Origin: Bigelowiella natans CCMP2755 | Taxonomy: Eukaryota > Protista > Cercozoa | Direction: 5' to 3' | Length of the DNA: 46,974 bases | NCBI GenBank assembly: GCA_000320545.1 | Contig: ADNK01003053.1 | Span: 1-46,974 of the forward strand | Shown here: piece after piece, positions 12,030 to 22,753 of the stretch | Layout of the letters: every line of letters starts with the position of its first letter | Position numbering within the stretch: the stretch's first letter is position 1 | Notes under the pieces: generated by a model | Databases searched by the model: none | Seen by the model: the letters and a program-made list of their open reading frames with translations, nothing else | Told to the model about the DNA's origin: nothing | Program-made: the position numbers and the translations under genes

Positions 12030-12575
12030 GCTAGTGTCAATCTCACAGATAGATATCCTACTTATACTAGTCTAGACCTATTAACTATTAGCATCTCTTG
12101 ACCGTGCTTTGGTCTATAACAACTCATTATTCGAATATACGTGCACATCTAGATATGTTAGCATGAATGAACGATAGGTTAACCTGCGCTATCCCTAGAT
12201 CTAGAGATCCTCCTTCCCACAATCTAGCAATGCATGTACTAGCTAGCTAGTGCAGCACGCCCCTGCTGTCTAGCTGTGTGGCAAACATGTCTAAATGCCA
12301 CAGCGAGTAGCAACATACGAAAACTAATTCAACAAGGGCCAATCTCTAGAATGTCTATAGATGTAGTATTCTAGCTCTAGAGCTAGCTAGCTAGTAATTG
12401 CAAAATGATCAAGATAGTCCATGCTAGCATGCGTTATTGAATTTTGTTTGGAATGCATTTAGTGAGCTGAGCACGCTTGAAAGTCTTTCCGAGTTGCATG
12501 TTGACGTGTCCTGATTTTGTAGCTAGCGGCGCACATTTTTCATGCATCTGCGTAGCTTCATGGAACCAACTAGCC
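12030..12575. repeat. CTAG-rich spacer between convergent genes
   Basis: About 20 CTAG by eye, including (CTAG)3 runs near 12239 and 12383. Confidence 0.75.
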
Positions 12576-12694
12576 AACACTAAAAGAATCATTTACAACA
12601 TTAAATATTTTTGGATGGCGCCGCACAATTGAAGTATCTATATTACAATGCTTTAAGTTTTTCACATTTTTTCTAACATTACATATTGTTTATT

Positions 12695-14996
12695 TCAATT
12701 TGCTCCTTTAAAATCGGCATACATCACGCTACTATGTCGTGCTCGTAGCATCCTAACAAATGCTTTGGGCCATGAAATCCAAGAGTAATAAAGGAGGAAA
12801 CAATATCCTACAGGGAAAGCATACGTGAAAATATCAATTGTCATAAAGTATTCGTCTGGTGAATAATATTCTCGAACTGTTTGCGTGGATGATGCCCAAT
12901 TTGCTGTTACGTACAATGAAGCAATTAATGTGAATATTGAAAATGCAATTCCTGCGACAGAAGACACAAAGATCTTCCGTAAAGCGGCAACGTTCTTTCT
13001 CTGATCGAAACAATAACTCAGTAAATTTGGGAGTACATTTTTTCAGTAAAGCAAATTAGTAACGCTTATTTATTCATTACCTCTCTATCTAACGCCTGGC
13101 GAGATATTTGAGCAACAGTCCGAAGGATGCGTGGTTTTGGGGAGCCCTTCGTCTTCCTTGCCTCGCCCTTTATTTTACTTGTGTTAACCTCGCTTTCGTT
13201 GACTTCAATGGCAGTATCATTCCCACCGAGTACATCAAGCACAGCTGGTGTCGAGGATGTAGGCAACGAAGAGTGCGCTTCTAATGTTGCGACTGTTGGC
13301 ATTGGATCTTTGACGGAGCCTTTCAACGATCCGATAGTTGTGTCGCCGTTCCAATTGCTGCTCCCAGCATCGAAGTGTCCCGAATTCATATACAGCTGGC
13401 TGCTTGTCTGATTATCAAGTCCACGAATAGGGAGTTCTATTCCATTGTAAGAGCTCACGCGTCCATGCGAAGAAGCCTCATTGATGTTGCTTTGAATTGA
13501 ATGACCTATTATATTTTTTTTATCTAGGGAACCTTCCTTTTCGGCTATCTCTTTGTTAAAACCCTTTTCGTGTCTTTTTTGAATATTAGTTTTGGTGAGA
13601 CTCTTAACCGGGCTAACTGCAACTTCTTTCTCTCGGGAGACTGTTGAAACAACGTTTATTTTCCTCGAAGGTATTTTGCATATGGCATTGGATATCTTAG
13701 TGGTGCTGCTAGCGCTAACACTTAAACTTTTTTCATCGGTCTGGAAGAGAGCACCTGGTCTATTCGTCGATGGCGCCGACAGTTTAGAGACACCTGCCCT
13801 TGCGCTCGGATGAATTCTAGATCGGGAAGGAGTGTGTTGCGACGCGCTGATAGCTGTTCCAGAAACAGAATGCTCTGGGATGTTAAGAGTAAGGTGCTGT
13901 GGCATGTTCTCAGCCTGGGAGTTTGGGCCAGAATTCGGAGACGATCTGGCAGTGATGGGGTTATTTGTTCTAGCTCGACCTTGTGAGTTGAATGGATTTT
14001 CGGAGCCCCATGGTGAATCTTAGGCAACAAGCAGTAAATTTAAATGTAGCAACTCAAAATCAATTAACGTTGGTTAATCATTCTCATAGCTGCATAGATA
14101 AAATATCCAAAGAAAAATCGACTATTTTTTTTTCTTCAATGAAGATATTTCACCTGTTGCTGGTTTTCTCTTCCCATGTGACCGAGTACTCTCAACATGC
14201 CTGTCGGCCATCATTCGCGCCTTATGGTAAAGACTGTACATTGTCTTTGTAAAGAGTGTTCCGAGAATCAAAGCTCTATTAAACATTATAATTCAAAATG
14301 AAGGTTGGATTATGTCAATCTATACTCTGTGTTAGATTATTATACTGGCACCCGAGGCAATAGGAAGCTGATCTGATTGCGAAGAATTTGATTTTGTTCA
14401 AAGCAAGAGTCAATACTATGGATGTCCACTGCATAATCTGCACTACGATTGCCTTCAAATTGTAAAATATGTATCAGCTGTTGATGGGAATGGCAAAATA
14501 TATTGTAATGTTTGTACCACTCCAATGAAGATAGACTTGTAGTAGCGAGGAATATATTTTGTAAGTTTTGCAGCCCGAAAATTTGCACATAAGACCACGA
14601 AGAGTACGTATGAAGAAATTAGTAGAAGACAATCCTAAGTATTAAAACATAATCAAGTAATTATCTTTTAGACATGACTAAAAGAATTATTACCCCAGCA
14701 AGAGCATGGCAAAGACCAACAATTTGCCATGGAAGAACTACGGGTTCGCGGTGACCGAGAAAGGCAACAAAGCAAATGGAAACTCCCACGAGAGCGGCTC
14801 TAAAATAAACGCGTTCATCATTGGTTGTATTCAATTATTTCATCCCACACAATGAACGCAACACTTACCTGTGGATTCTCTGTTTTGGTATGTTCTGACT
14901 TCGCAGCGAGATCTGGACCAACAGGAGTGCAGCACACACAACACATATGCTTCCACGAACTGAGTCAGAGACGACAGCGGCAACCAACACTCGCAT
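12695..14996 (-). CDS. Multi-pass (about 7 TM, GPCR-like topology) membrane protein with a long Ser/Thr-rich loop before the last two helices
   Basis: Hydrophobic exons splice in frame: MRVLVAAVVSDSVRGSICVVCAALLLVQISL.., RAALVGVSICFVAFLG.., LLISSYVLFVVLCANF.., AIVVQIMQWTSIVLTLAL.., ALILGTLFTKTMYSLY... A roughly 300-aa low-complexity exon (13081-14020) follows, then IFVSSVAGIAFSIFTLIASLYV..IFTYAFPVGYCFLLYYSW. Confidence 0.6.
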
Positions 14997-16659
14997 GATG
15001 CAATGCGATAGTGGCACTCACGAATTATCCGCTTACAAGGAGGAATGGGGTCGGTCTCATCTTATTGTCCAAACTTCACACTTCTTGTCACAAAACGATG
15101 GCGATTCTGTGAATGCGACATCAAAATGCAGCCACAATTTTGAGGGAATGTGTGTCGCATTCCTTGCCTTGTTTGACTTGTTGCACTGCCATGAACATCA
15201 AGTTGCGACAGGTCATGATGCCAAGTCGCGATGAGATGAACCAAGGACATTTCGAGAGGAAATATTCGGTTTGTGGACAACTCAATGGAACGCAATGGTC
15301 AAGCCACAGGGAAGGAGCACGGTGCAATTCAAAGCGAAGAGGCCTAGCCATTGATGCGAATCTGAACGCAAGTGAGCATGGAGATTGCGGGTGTGGGAGA
15401 AATCCATGAGATTTGCAAAAGCACTGGCTCCATCTTGAAAGAGACGAAAGAAAATCATCGAATTGCGAACGGTGAAGGAGCTGCAAAAGTGCTTCAGTCA
15501 GCCTCTTGAAACCTGCTGTTGAGAGTTTGTGCGAACGGAGACCAACTCAAGAAGTCCTCAGAGAAGTGACCACTGTTTTGGTAGTGTGCGAGAGTTCATC
15601 GTGTCGTTCCAGGGACAGGGTTGGTTCAAGAAGTGCTTTTCGAAGAGGCACAAGAACGAGTTCAAGTCGACACGCCCAAGTCGCACACCCAACACTGGAA
15701 AAGAATCGTTGAGAATGATTGTGCTCACCTTTGCAGCCTTCTTCTCAAGTTCAGAAGGCGCGCTTGACCACACTTTGCCTTCTGGATCCACCGCCATTTT
15801 TGAAGAGCACTTTTGACCTCCAGGCACCTCTCCAGCTCTGGACCTGGCTGGCTGGAAGCCACCAAAAAAAAAGTTCCAAGCCAGCAAGCACGATGTCATC
15901 ACGGTCTCTCCAGCCATCAGCAGCTCCTTCTCGACGTGCTTCCGAAACATTGCCAGACTTTTGTGATGAGCTCGAACGAGCACAGCAAGTTTCGCAGCGC
16001 CTTCGGAACAAGACTTGTGAAGGGAGTTTTGCTCCAACTTTTCACGAGGTTGTGCATCGAGTGCGACACGCAGGTGCCTCACCTGGTTCTCTCTTCACTC
16101 GTGGCTGTGGCGGTCGGTCTGGGGGACTCCTTTGGCTTCGATCAACCGATGAGCCCTGCCGAAACGTGGACCTGCACAGTGCGATGTGTGCTGGTGTGGC
16201 TCGACAGTTTTTCCACACACTTGCACTTTCCACGCGACAGCTGGTGGTCGAGCTGACCGTCCCTGCCCAGACCGAGCTTGAGCGCACAACGAAGCTGCCC
16301 ACCGGGGAGGAAAGCACTCCCCCAAGGCAGCTCCGGCGCCACACACCTCGTGCGAACTGCTGGACTCCAGGACTGGCAAACCCCACGCGGACTGGCGGGT
16401 GCTCTGTTCACCACCTCCGCCTCCTGCGACCCCCACCTCTTGCAGTGTGTGCACTGGTGGACTGGGCCAGCTGGCCCGACAACCCTGTGCCCTTCAGGCC
16501 ACCAAGCGGCTGGCCCGTGCCAGGCACAGGCAGGGGAGGTGCACACCCACCCCCTGTCGCCCTCGTCCAGCACAGTGGACCCCACCCCCGTTGCCAACCA
16601 CGTGGTTGACTTTGCAGGGCGTGCTGGCACGGACCGACCTGCAACGAAGTGCGCCGTGG

Positions 16660-16919
16660 AGCACCACACACCAACAACAGCAGCACCTCGTGGTGGTGCG
16701 ACCAAGTGTGCTGACAAGGAAGGTCCTGCTGTGCAAGAGACGAACTTCCAGGTGCTCAAGCACGGGGTCTTTCCAGGCGGTGCCTGCGGACGACCCCAAC
16801 GTCAGTGACATTGCGAAGTGCAAACTGGTGTTCAAAGTCAAAGCAAACCGTGACGGGACAGCAGACAAGTGCAACACGTGCCAGCGTGGCTGTGTGCCAA
16901 GGGGTTTGCACAGGTGGCC
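16660..16919 (+). mobile_element. Ty1/Copia pol remnant: start of reverse transcriptase
   Basis: Frameshifted VLKHGVF..CKLVFKVKANRDGTADKC..LCAKGFAQV matches the Copia RVT_2 consensus CKWVFKxKxxxDGxxxRYKARLVAKGFxQ. Confidence 0.85.
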
Positions 16920-17830
16920 TCCAGTCCTCTCTGTTGCACTCTTCTTTGACAGCTGCACGCCGTGCAGCACCCGTCCCGCCCTTTTCACAAGCTCCAGAGC
17001 TGTGCAGGGACGAAGCAATGAGTGGTTCCTTGGAGTGAACGCACTGTCCCCCAAGGTGGCAAGGCCAGAGCCGTGGGGGATCACGTTGTGCAGAGTGAGG
17101 TCCAGGGTCGAGCACAAATCGATGCCACGCTCCGTGCCACGGGCTGGCGGGTCAGACGGCACCACAAAGTGCACCCGTCACTTCCAACCAAGTGGACACC
17201 TTTGAGGCCACGAACTCCACGGTGGCCGTTGCAGTGTTCGACTTGTGCTTGTCTGGACGGGTGCTTTTGTTGTGCGTGGTGCCGTTTGTGGAGCCCAACA
17301 ACACCCCGTGCAACGCCCTGTTGGACAGCCCCAGGCGCTGAGTTTCTCACCTGTTGCAAGTTCGGTGGTTCAACCTTTCCTGCTTCAGGCAGAGGTTCGG
17401 GACGGACTGGACACCATCGTCCACGTGGACGCAGGGGCAGGCCCACTTTTCCCCCCACTCCAGCACTCCCTCGCGTGTGAAAGAGCAGGGCTGGAGGGGT
17501 CCACCTTTGACTGCCGGAAGCCGGTGCCTTTGAAGTGACTGGCGAGTGCGTGGTGGAAGCACTTGGGACCTCCCTTGGTGCCACGCAAGCACGCAACTGG
17601 GCGATGCTTTGTTTCGCTTCAGGTGGTGTCCAGGGGAAACGTCCACACCTGGGAGGGGTGCACGCACGTGGGGTGCTCTGGCTCCACGTCGGCCGTGAGG
17701 AAGGCCCCGCTGACGTCAAACTCCACGGTGGTCGTTCCCCGGGTGGCTGCCAAAAAAAACAGCAACTCCACTGAGGAGGTGCGGGAGACAGGTGCAAACG
17801 TGTCCGCGGCGGGGTGGTCGGTGATTGCAC
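16920..17830 (-). mobile_element. Ty1/Copia pol remnant: reverse transcriptase core (inverted relative to the 5' part)
   Basis: DTFAPVSRTSSVELLFFLAA..EFDVSGAFLTAD..LRGTKGGPKCFHHALASHFKGTGFRQSKVDP..CVHVDDG corresponds to TFAPV / DVxxAFL / LYGLKQAP / GFxQSxxDP / YVDD. Multiple frameshifts. Confidence 0.88.
17136..17205 (+). repeat. 70-bp direct repeat, copy 1
   Basis: gccacgggctggcgggtcag[a]cggcaccacaaagtgcacccgtcacttccaaccaagtggacacctttga. One mismatch to 18374-18443. Confidence 0.92.
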
Positions 17831-18373
17831 TCCTTGCAAGTCGCCCACGGACACCAGGTCTGGAGGTCTTCCTCCCAGCCAGTGGGGAAGGCCGTGTTGT
17901 GTTTCCAGGCGCTGCGCAACGGCTGGCACGCTCCGCACGTCCAGTCGTCGTCCCAAGGCACAGTGGCCCTGCTGCCAGCTTTTGCACCTTCGACTCACTC
18001 ACACTTGGCGTGGACGGCGTGTGACTCATCACGTCGATGTTGTGTCGTTGTTGCGGACTTTCATTCAGTTCCAAGTTCAACGGCTTCACGCAATGGAGTC
18101 CACGCCTGCAAAGGTCCCACCAACGGTCGGTGTTTCGCGCGAACAGGTGTCGTTTTTCAAGCACCCGTTGGCGTGGTGCAAAACTCTGATGGTGTCCGTT
18201 CTGTGTGCTCCGAAAAACCAGACGAAATCGATTTCAGCTCCTCCTCTGACTCAGGAGGTTCGGAGCCTTTGTGCACCCCTGCCAAACTGGCAAGTTTCCC
18301 GAGCACAAGGCACCGGAAAGTGAGGCAAAAGCAAGCAGTGTCAAGAAGGTGAGAGAAGGAACATCGTTTTTTG

Positions 18374-18443
18374 GCCACGGGCTGGCGGGTCAGGCGGCAC
18401 CACAAAGTGCACCCGTCACTTCCAACCAAGTGGACACCTTTGA
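18374..18443 (+). repeat. 70-bp direct repeat, copy 2
   Basis: Identical to 17136-17205 except for one A/G difference. Confidence 0.92.
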
Positions 18444-19034
18444 AGCTGCGAACGGCGCCATTGGAACAAACGAAAGCTGAGAGTGTTTGAGTTCAGCACG
18501 CAAAGCGTGGAACCTGCAACCAGTGAATTGAGTGAGACGATTGCCGCACACACTGACAAGAGATTGAAGTGGTGCAAGAACGGTCTGAACGTGTTCGGTC
18601 AGGCTTCAGCGTTCAACGTGCTGGCGTGACTTGCAAACTTTTCAACACAACGAACCACCTGCCGGAGGCCCGCAAAGAGCACTTCTGCCGTGCTTGTGGT
18701 GAGAAAGGGCACAACAGGCCAGCAGGGCCAACAAAAAGTGCACCAAGCACCCGAAGAGACAGAAAAATTTCTTGCATCAGTTCGATGATGTGACAGGTGG
18801 TGATCCATGTTTGGATGTTTTGACCAAGTTCACTGGGAAAAGCACGCTTGGTGGTGTGATCCAGGTCAAAGCATGGCACAAGTGTTGATCAATCATTGAA
18901 GTGTTTTCCACTTGGAACACACTCATGCCAGCCAGCTTTTGTTGAAATTTGAGTTCTCCCTCCCCCCTCCCCCCGCGCCCCCCCGCGCCCCCCCCTCCTT
19001 CCAGCGTTGCACGCAAGGCCAAGACTGGAAGAAG

Positions 19035-19037
<3 letters not shown>

Positions 19038-19070
<33 letters not shown>
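19038..19070. repeat. Poly-G homopolymer (about 33 nt), preceded by a C-rich tract at about 18958-18998
   Basis: Direct reading. Confidence 0.9.
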
Positions 19071-19072
<2 letters not shown>

Positions 19073-20384
19073 GACAGGGACAACTTTGATGACACCTGAG
19101 CACGGTGTCGTGATGAACGTTGCCCAGAACGTGTGCGCATGTTTTTTTGGTGAGCGCGCTGCGCACTCATGCCGCAGCAATGTGCAAACTTGACAAGTTC
19201 GCGAGTTCGGCCCAAAAGTGCGCCGCGTGCGTGCAAGTTTTGCAGAGCGGGCCGTTTTTTTTGTTGAATCGTGTGTTCAATCATCGAAAGAAAGTCAGAA
19301 AAAAGTTTGGTGGGAACCCGTTCAGCCCCCGCAACGTGTCTGTGTGTGCACGACTTCCGTGTGGAGTTCAGACTGGAACTCACTTGAAAACACCAGCACG
19401 AACTCAGAAACTTCGAAAGCATCGTGTTCGACTTCGACGCTTTTTGTGGATCAAGTGACTCTGCACACGTTTCACTGAAAGCTGCGTCTGCATCGCGTGC
19501 ACAAGTGAGTCAAAATTGAATCAACACTGACACTCGACACGTGCCGTCAATGTGGCTCACAACACGCAGTTGACAAGTGCCGCTTTGGCATTGTGGAAGA
19601 ACTCGTCTTTGAGTTTGCATTGAGGGTCGTTCACACAGCTTGAGCAACGGCGCCAGCTGTCAGTTCACACCACCGTTGTCTGTGCCACGCACTTCCACGA
19701 TGGAAGTGCACCGAGAAAAAAAAATCACTGGAGGATGAGCAGAGAGCTGGAGAGCAGAGACAATGCCAGAATGGTTGAAAAATTGCCACACGAGAGACAG
19801 AGAGCAGAGGCAGAGAAAAAGCAAGTGTGATCAGCGGAGTGAAGCTGGGATGCCTGACTGGCCAGCTAGGTGCACGCCAAAAGCCAAAAATTGAAAGCGG
19901 GAATGTGAGTTGCTGGCAAAGCGTGCATGCAAAAGTTTGATCTCTTGAGCGGAATGATGCCACACGAGACACCTGGGCACACCTGCCAGATGCATGCTGA
20001 CATGGGGCTGCAACGTGAATGAGCGGATGTGCACGACGATGATGTGACACCCATGAGTTCACCAGTTCACTTGGGAGTGGTCAGAGCCGGCCTGCCAGTG
20101 CCAGCTAGCTAGCTAGAGCAGTGAATCAAACACGGCTAGACTGCGCGATGCCACCCAATCTAGCCACCTCCTCCATGTCCGATTCAGCCAATGCAATCAC
20201 AGCTCCAAATCTCGATCTGATGATTCTGAACACGCTGCTGCTGTCACGAGCACGCTGGCACGCTTTGCCAAACACAACCACCATGTTGGAGACTCAAGAA
20301 AGTGAAACAATGCGTCTGTGCGCATTCCCTTGCGAAGAAGAATTGTTGCCTTGCACAAAACGACTGTTACGCCTCATCACACTC

Positions 20385-21741
20385 TCATCTGAGTAGGTCG
20401 TCTTCATTCGCAAAATTCATGAATATGCCCCGCATCATCATCTCTTTCTTGTTTGGAGGAGCGAGATTTCTAATCTTTTCTAGCAAGCTCTGCAATTGCA
20501 TACGCAAAACAAACACACCCACACATCCGATTATCGTAACGCAAAGCACGAACTATGTGAATGGACTACGCGTATACGGCAAAAGAACAATGGATGTCTG
20601 TGCAAAAAGTTGATTTATTCTACATTTATCATTTTACATCCCAACAAGACCTGGTTGAGACTTTTGTACTCAAACTTTGGAATCTTTTCTTTTTCTTTCT
20701 CTACCAGCACAGTCTTCACACCCTCCTGCGCCAGTAATTGCCAACATCACAATTAAAAAAAAATTAGAAGAGGAAAGTACAGTTCGTTCCTTCCAGTGAA
20801 ACCACACACCCATAGCTAAGAAGGCCTTACTTTCTCTCTTATTGTTACCTGAAAATCAGCTCTGTAAACAAGCTCCACTCCCAACGCATATCTGCACCAA
20901 AACAAGATCGATGAAGGCAACATGAATATGCGAAGCAATCACCATCGTTACAAGCCACACTGTGTTTTCTATTGGCGAGAGTTTATAAGACATTTAAATA
21001 AATTCTGAGAATCCTAAAACATGCTCTGTCAATCAGATTGCGTGGAATTTGGAAGAAACAAAGAAATATTACTCTCTGGCTAGCACGGCTTCGATATCCG
21101 GAAGCTTTGCCGCCTCGTGCTTTGGCCGCGACATCATCGCAATTTTCTCCAGTTCCGCTATTATGGCGAGTGTGCGTATTTGCACATTGTACGACGCAGA
21201 GAGAAAGAATACACAAAGTATAAAAAATGTTTTATAAAAAATGTAAAAAGTAAAAAATGTTTTATAAATTTTTTTGACAAATGGTAAAAATATGTATCTA
21301 ATAAATGGGTAAATTTTAGATTTGTGAATGGAAGCCCATTCGCATTCATTTATGTCTCTGCATGATAAATGGGCAAATTCTGGATTTATGAATGCATACG
21401 CAAGAAGAAAAATGTAGCATTGTTTTAAAGAAAGCATGAATTTTAAACGACCGTATCACGACTTTTGCTTTCATGCAAAGAAAGATAATAATTTGTTACA
21501 GATCTTTCCGGCCTCCGCATGCAGCTTATTATGCTAGATTTGTAGAAAAATAAAGATCAAAGATAAAATTGAATTTACCATCAGGTATTTCGTCCAGATT
21601 CGGTGGGTAGAGCAGCTTACGCATCCTCTTTCCATCTCTAAACTCATCGGCTTATGGTACGATGGGCAGGGCACACATAAATATACATTTATAAACATGA
21701 AACCCGACAAAGATAGGAAGTGAAAGATCGAAAGAGAGAAT

Positions 21742-21783
<42 letters not shown>

Positions 21784-22210
21784 TGAACATTTAACAATAT
21801 TACAACCTAACGATAACACAAAGCTGATAAGTGAAATCAATTTTCACCCATTACAGAAAGAAATCTACGACTACATATAGCAATGTTCATAGGCACTTCG
21901 ATTCAGAGTGGACACTTTCACACAAAAAGGTCGAGTGGTGCATAAAAGCAGGTTCTCTTAATGCTGGCTACATTTCGAGTTATATGAATGCTGCCAAACC
22001 GTATTTCTGGTAATTCCTATGTATGAGCATCAGGTGCTGCCAGAAGGCCTCTTGGGTGTAGGCCGATCCCCTGTCAGAATGGTCATGAATAGGGAGATAA
22101 ATACAACGACAAGGAATCGTTGTTTTGTGTTGTGATAACCAGTGACGCATGTATACACTTTAGCATTGCGCAGTATAATGAGTACACACACGCACACACA
22201 TGTGTATACC

Positions 22211-22260
<50 letters not shown>

Positions 22261-22717
22261 TTATATATAAGAAACTATCTAAAAATTTATTGAAAATACA
22301 GCATTATTTATACTCTTCACACATACACGCTAGTGACCGTTCTGCGTCCGCAACGACTCGACGAGCGAATTCCTTAAACTGCTCGGAGCGCTCTCCTGGC
22401 ATTTCCAACAGGAGCAGCAGCAACAACAACAATTGTAGATAGAGCATCCATCCACATATTCAAAACGAAATAGCAGCGCATTTTGAGAATACAACTCCGC
22501 ATTATGTTCAAAAGCCATTTCAGACTATGGATTTTAATCATGGTCTTTCGCAATGTTCTCTCGCTATTGATGGAATAAACACACGCCTTATTTTATTCTT
22601 GCAAATAAAATAGGCTGGCGAGGTACCCCTCTTTGTGGCGTTGCGAAGAGCTTCCATAGCCTCATGCGAGTGATTGCAGTTGCTTCACCAGATTGACAAA
22701 ACATAAATGTTATATCA

Positions 22718-22753
<36 letters not shown>

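Larger units (their letters stand above)
15100..20340. mobile_element. Degenerate transposon / repeat block, TpA-depleted
   Basis: Contains Copia RT fragments, a zinc-knuckle fragment and an internal 70-bp duplication. No TA dinucleotide seen in 15584-19866, and no Tyr in any ORF-track translation there. Confidence 0.75.

Noticed and set aside
17136-18443. 70-bp direct repeats as LTRs
   Set aside because: Too short, no TG..CA termini, PBS or PPT seen, and copy 1 lies inside the RT region.
15584-19866. Alternative genetic code or codon bias as the cause of missing Tyr and stops
   Set aside because: Flanking genes use TAY codons and TAG/TGA stops normally, and the depletion is frame-independent and covers non-coding sequence.
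15584-19866. Classical RIP or CpG-methylation decay
   Set aside because: RIP raises TpA and both processes lower GC and, for methylation decay, CpG. Here TpA is absent and CpG is plentiful.
15500-20100. Dense overlapping long ORFs in all six frames (up to 305 aa)
   Set aside because: A by-product of TpA loss: TAA and TAG stops cannot occur. The translations lack Tyr, and the real TE motifs jump between frames.
21215-21270. Short AT-rich tandem duplication (aaaaaatgttttataaa x2)
   Set aside because: Ordinary intronic slippage with no further structure.
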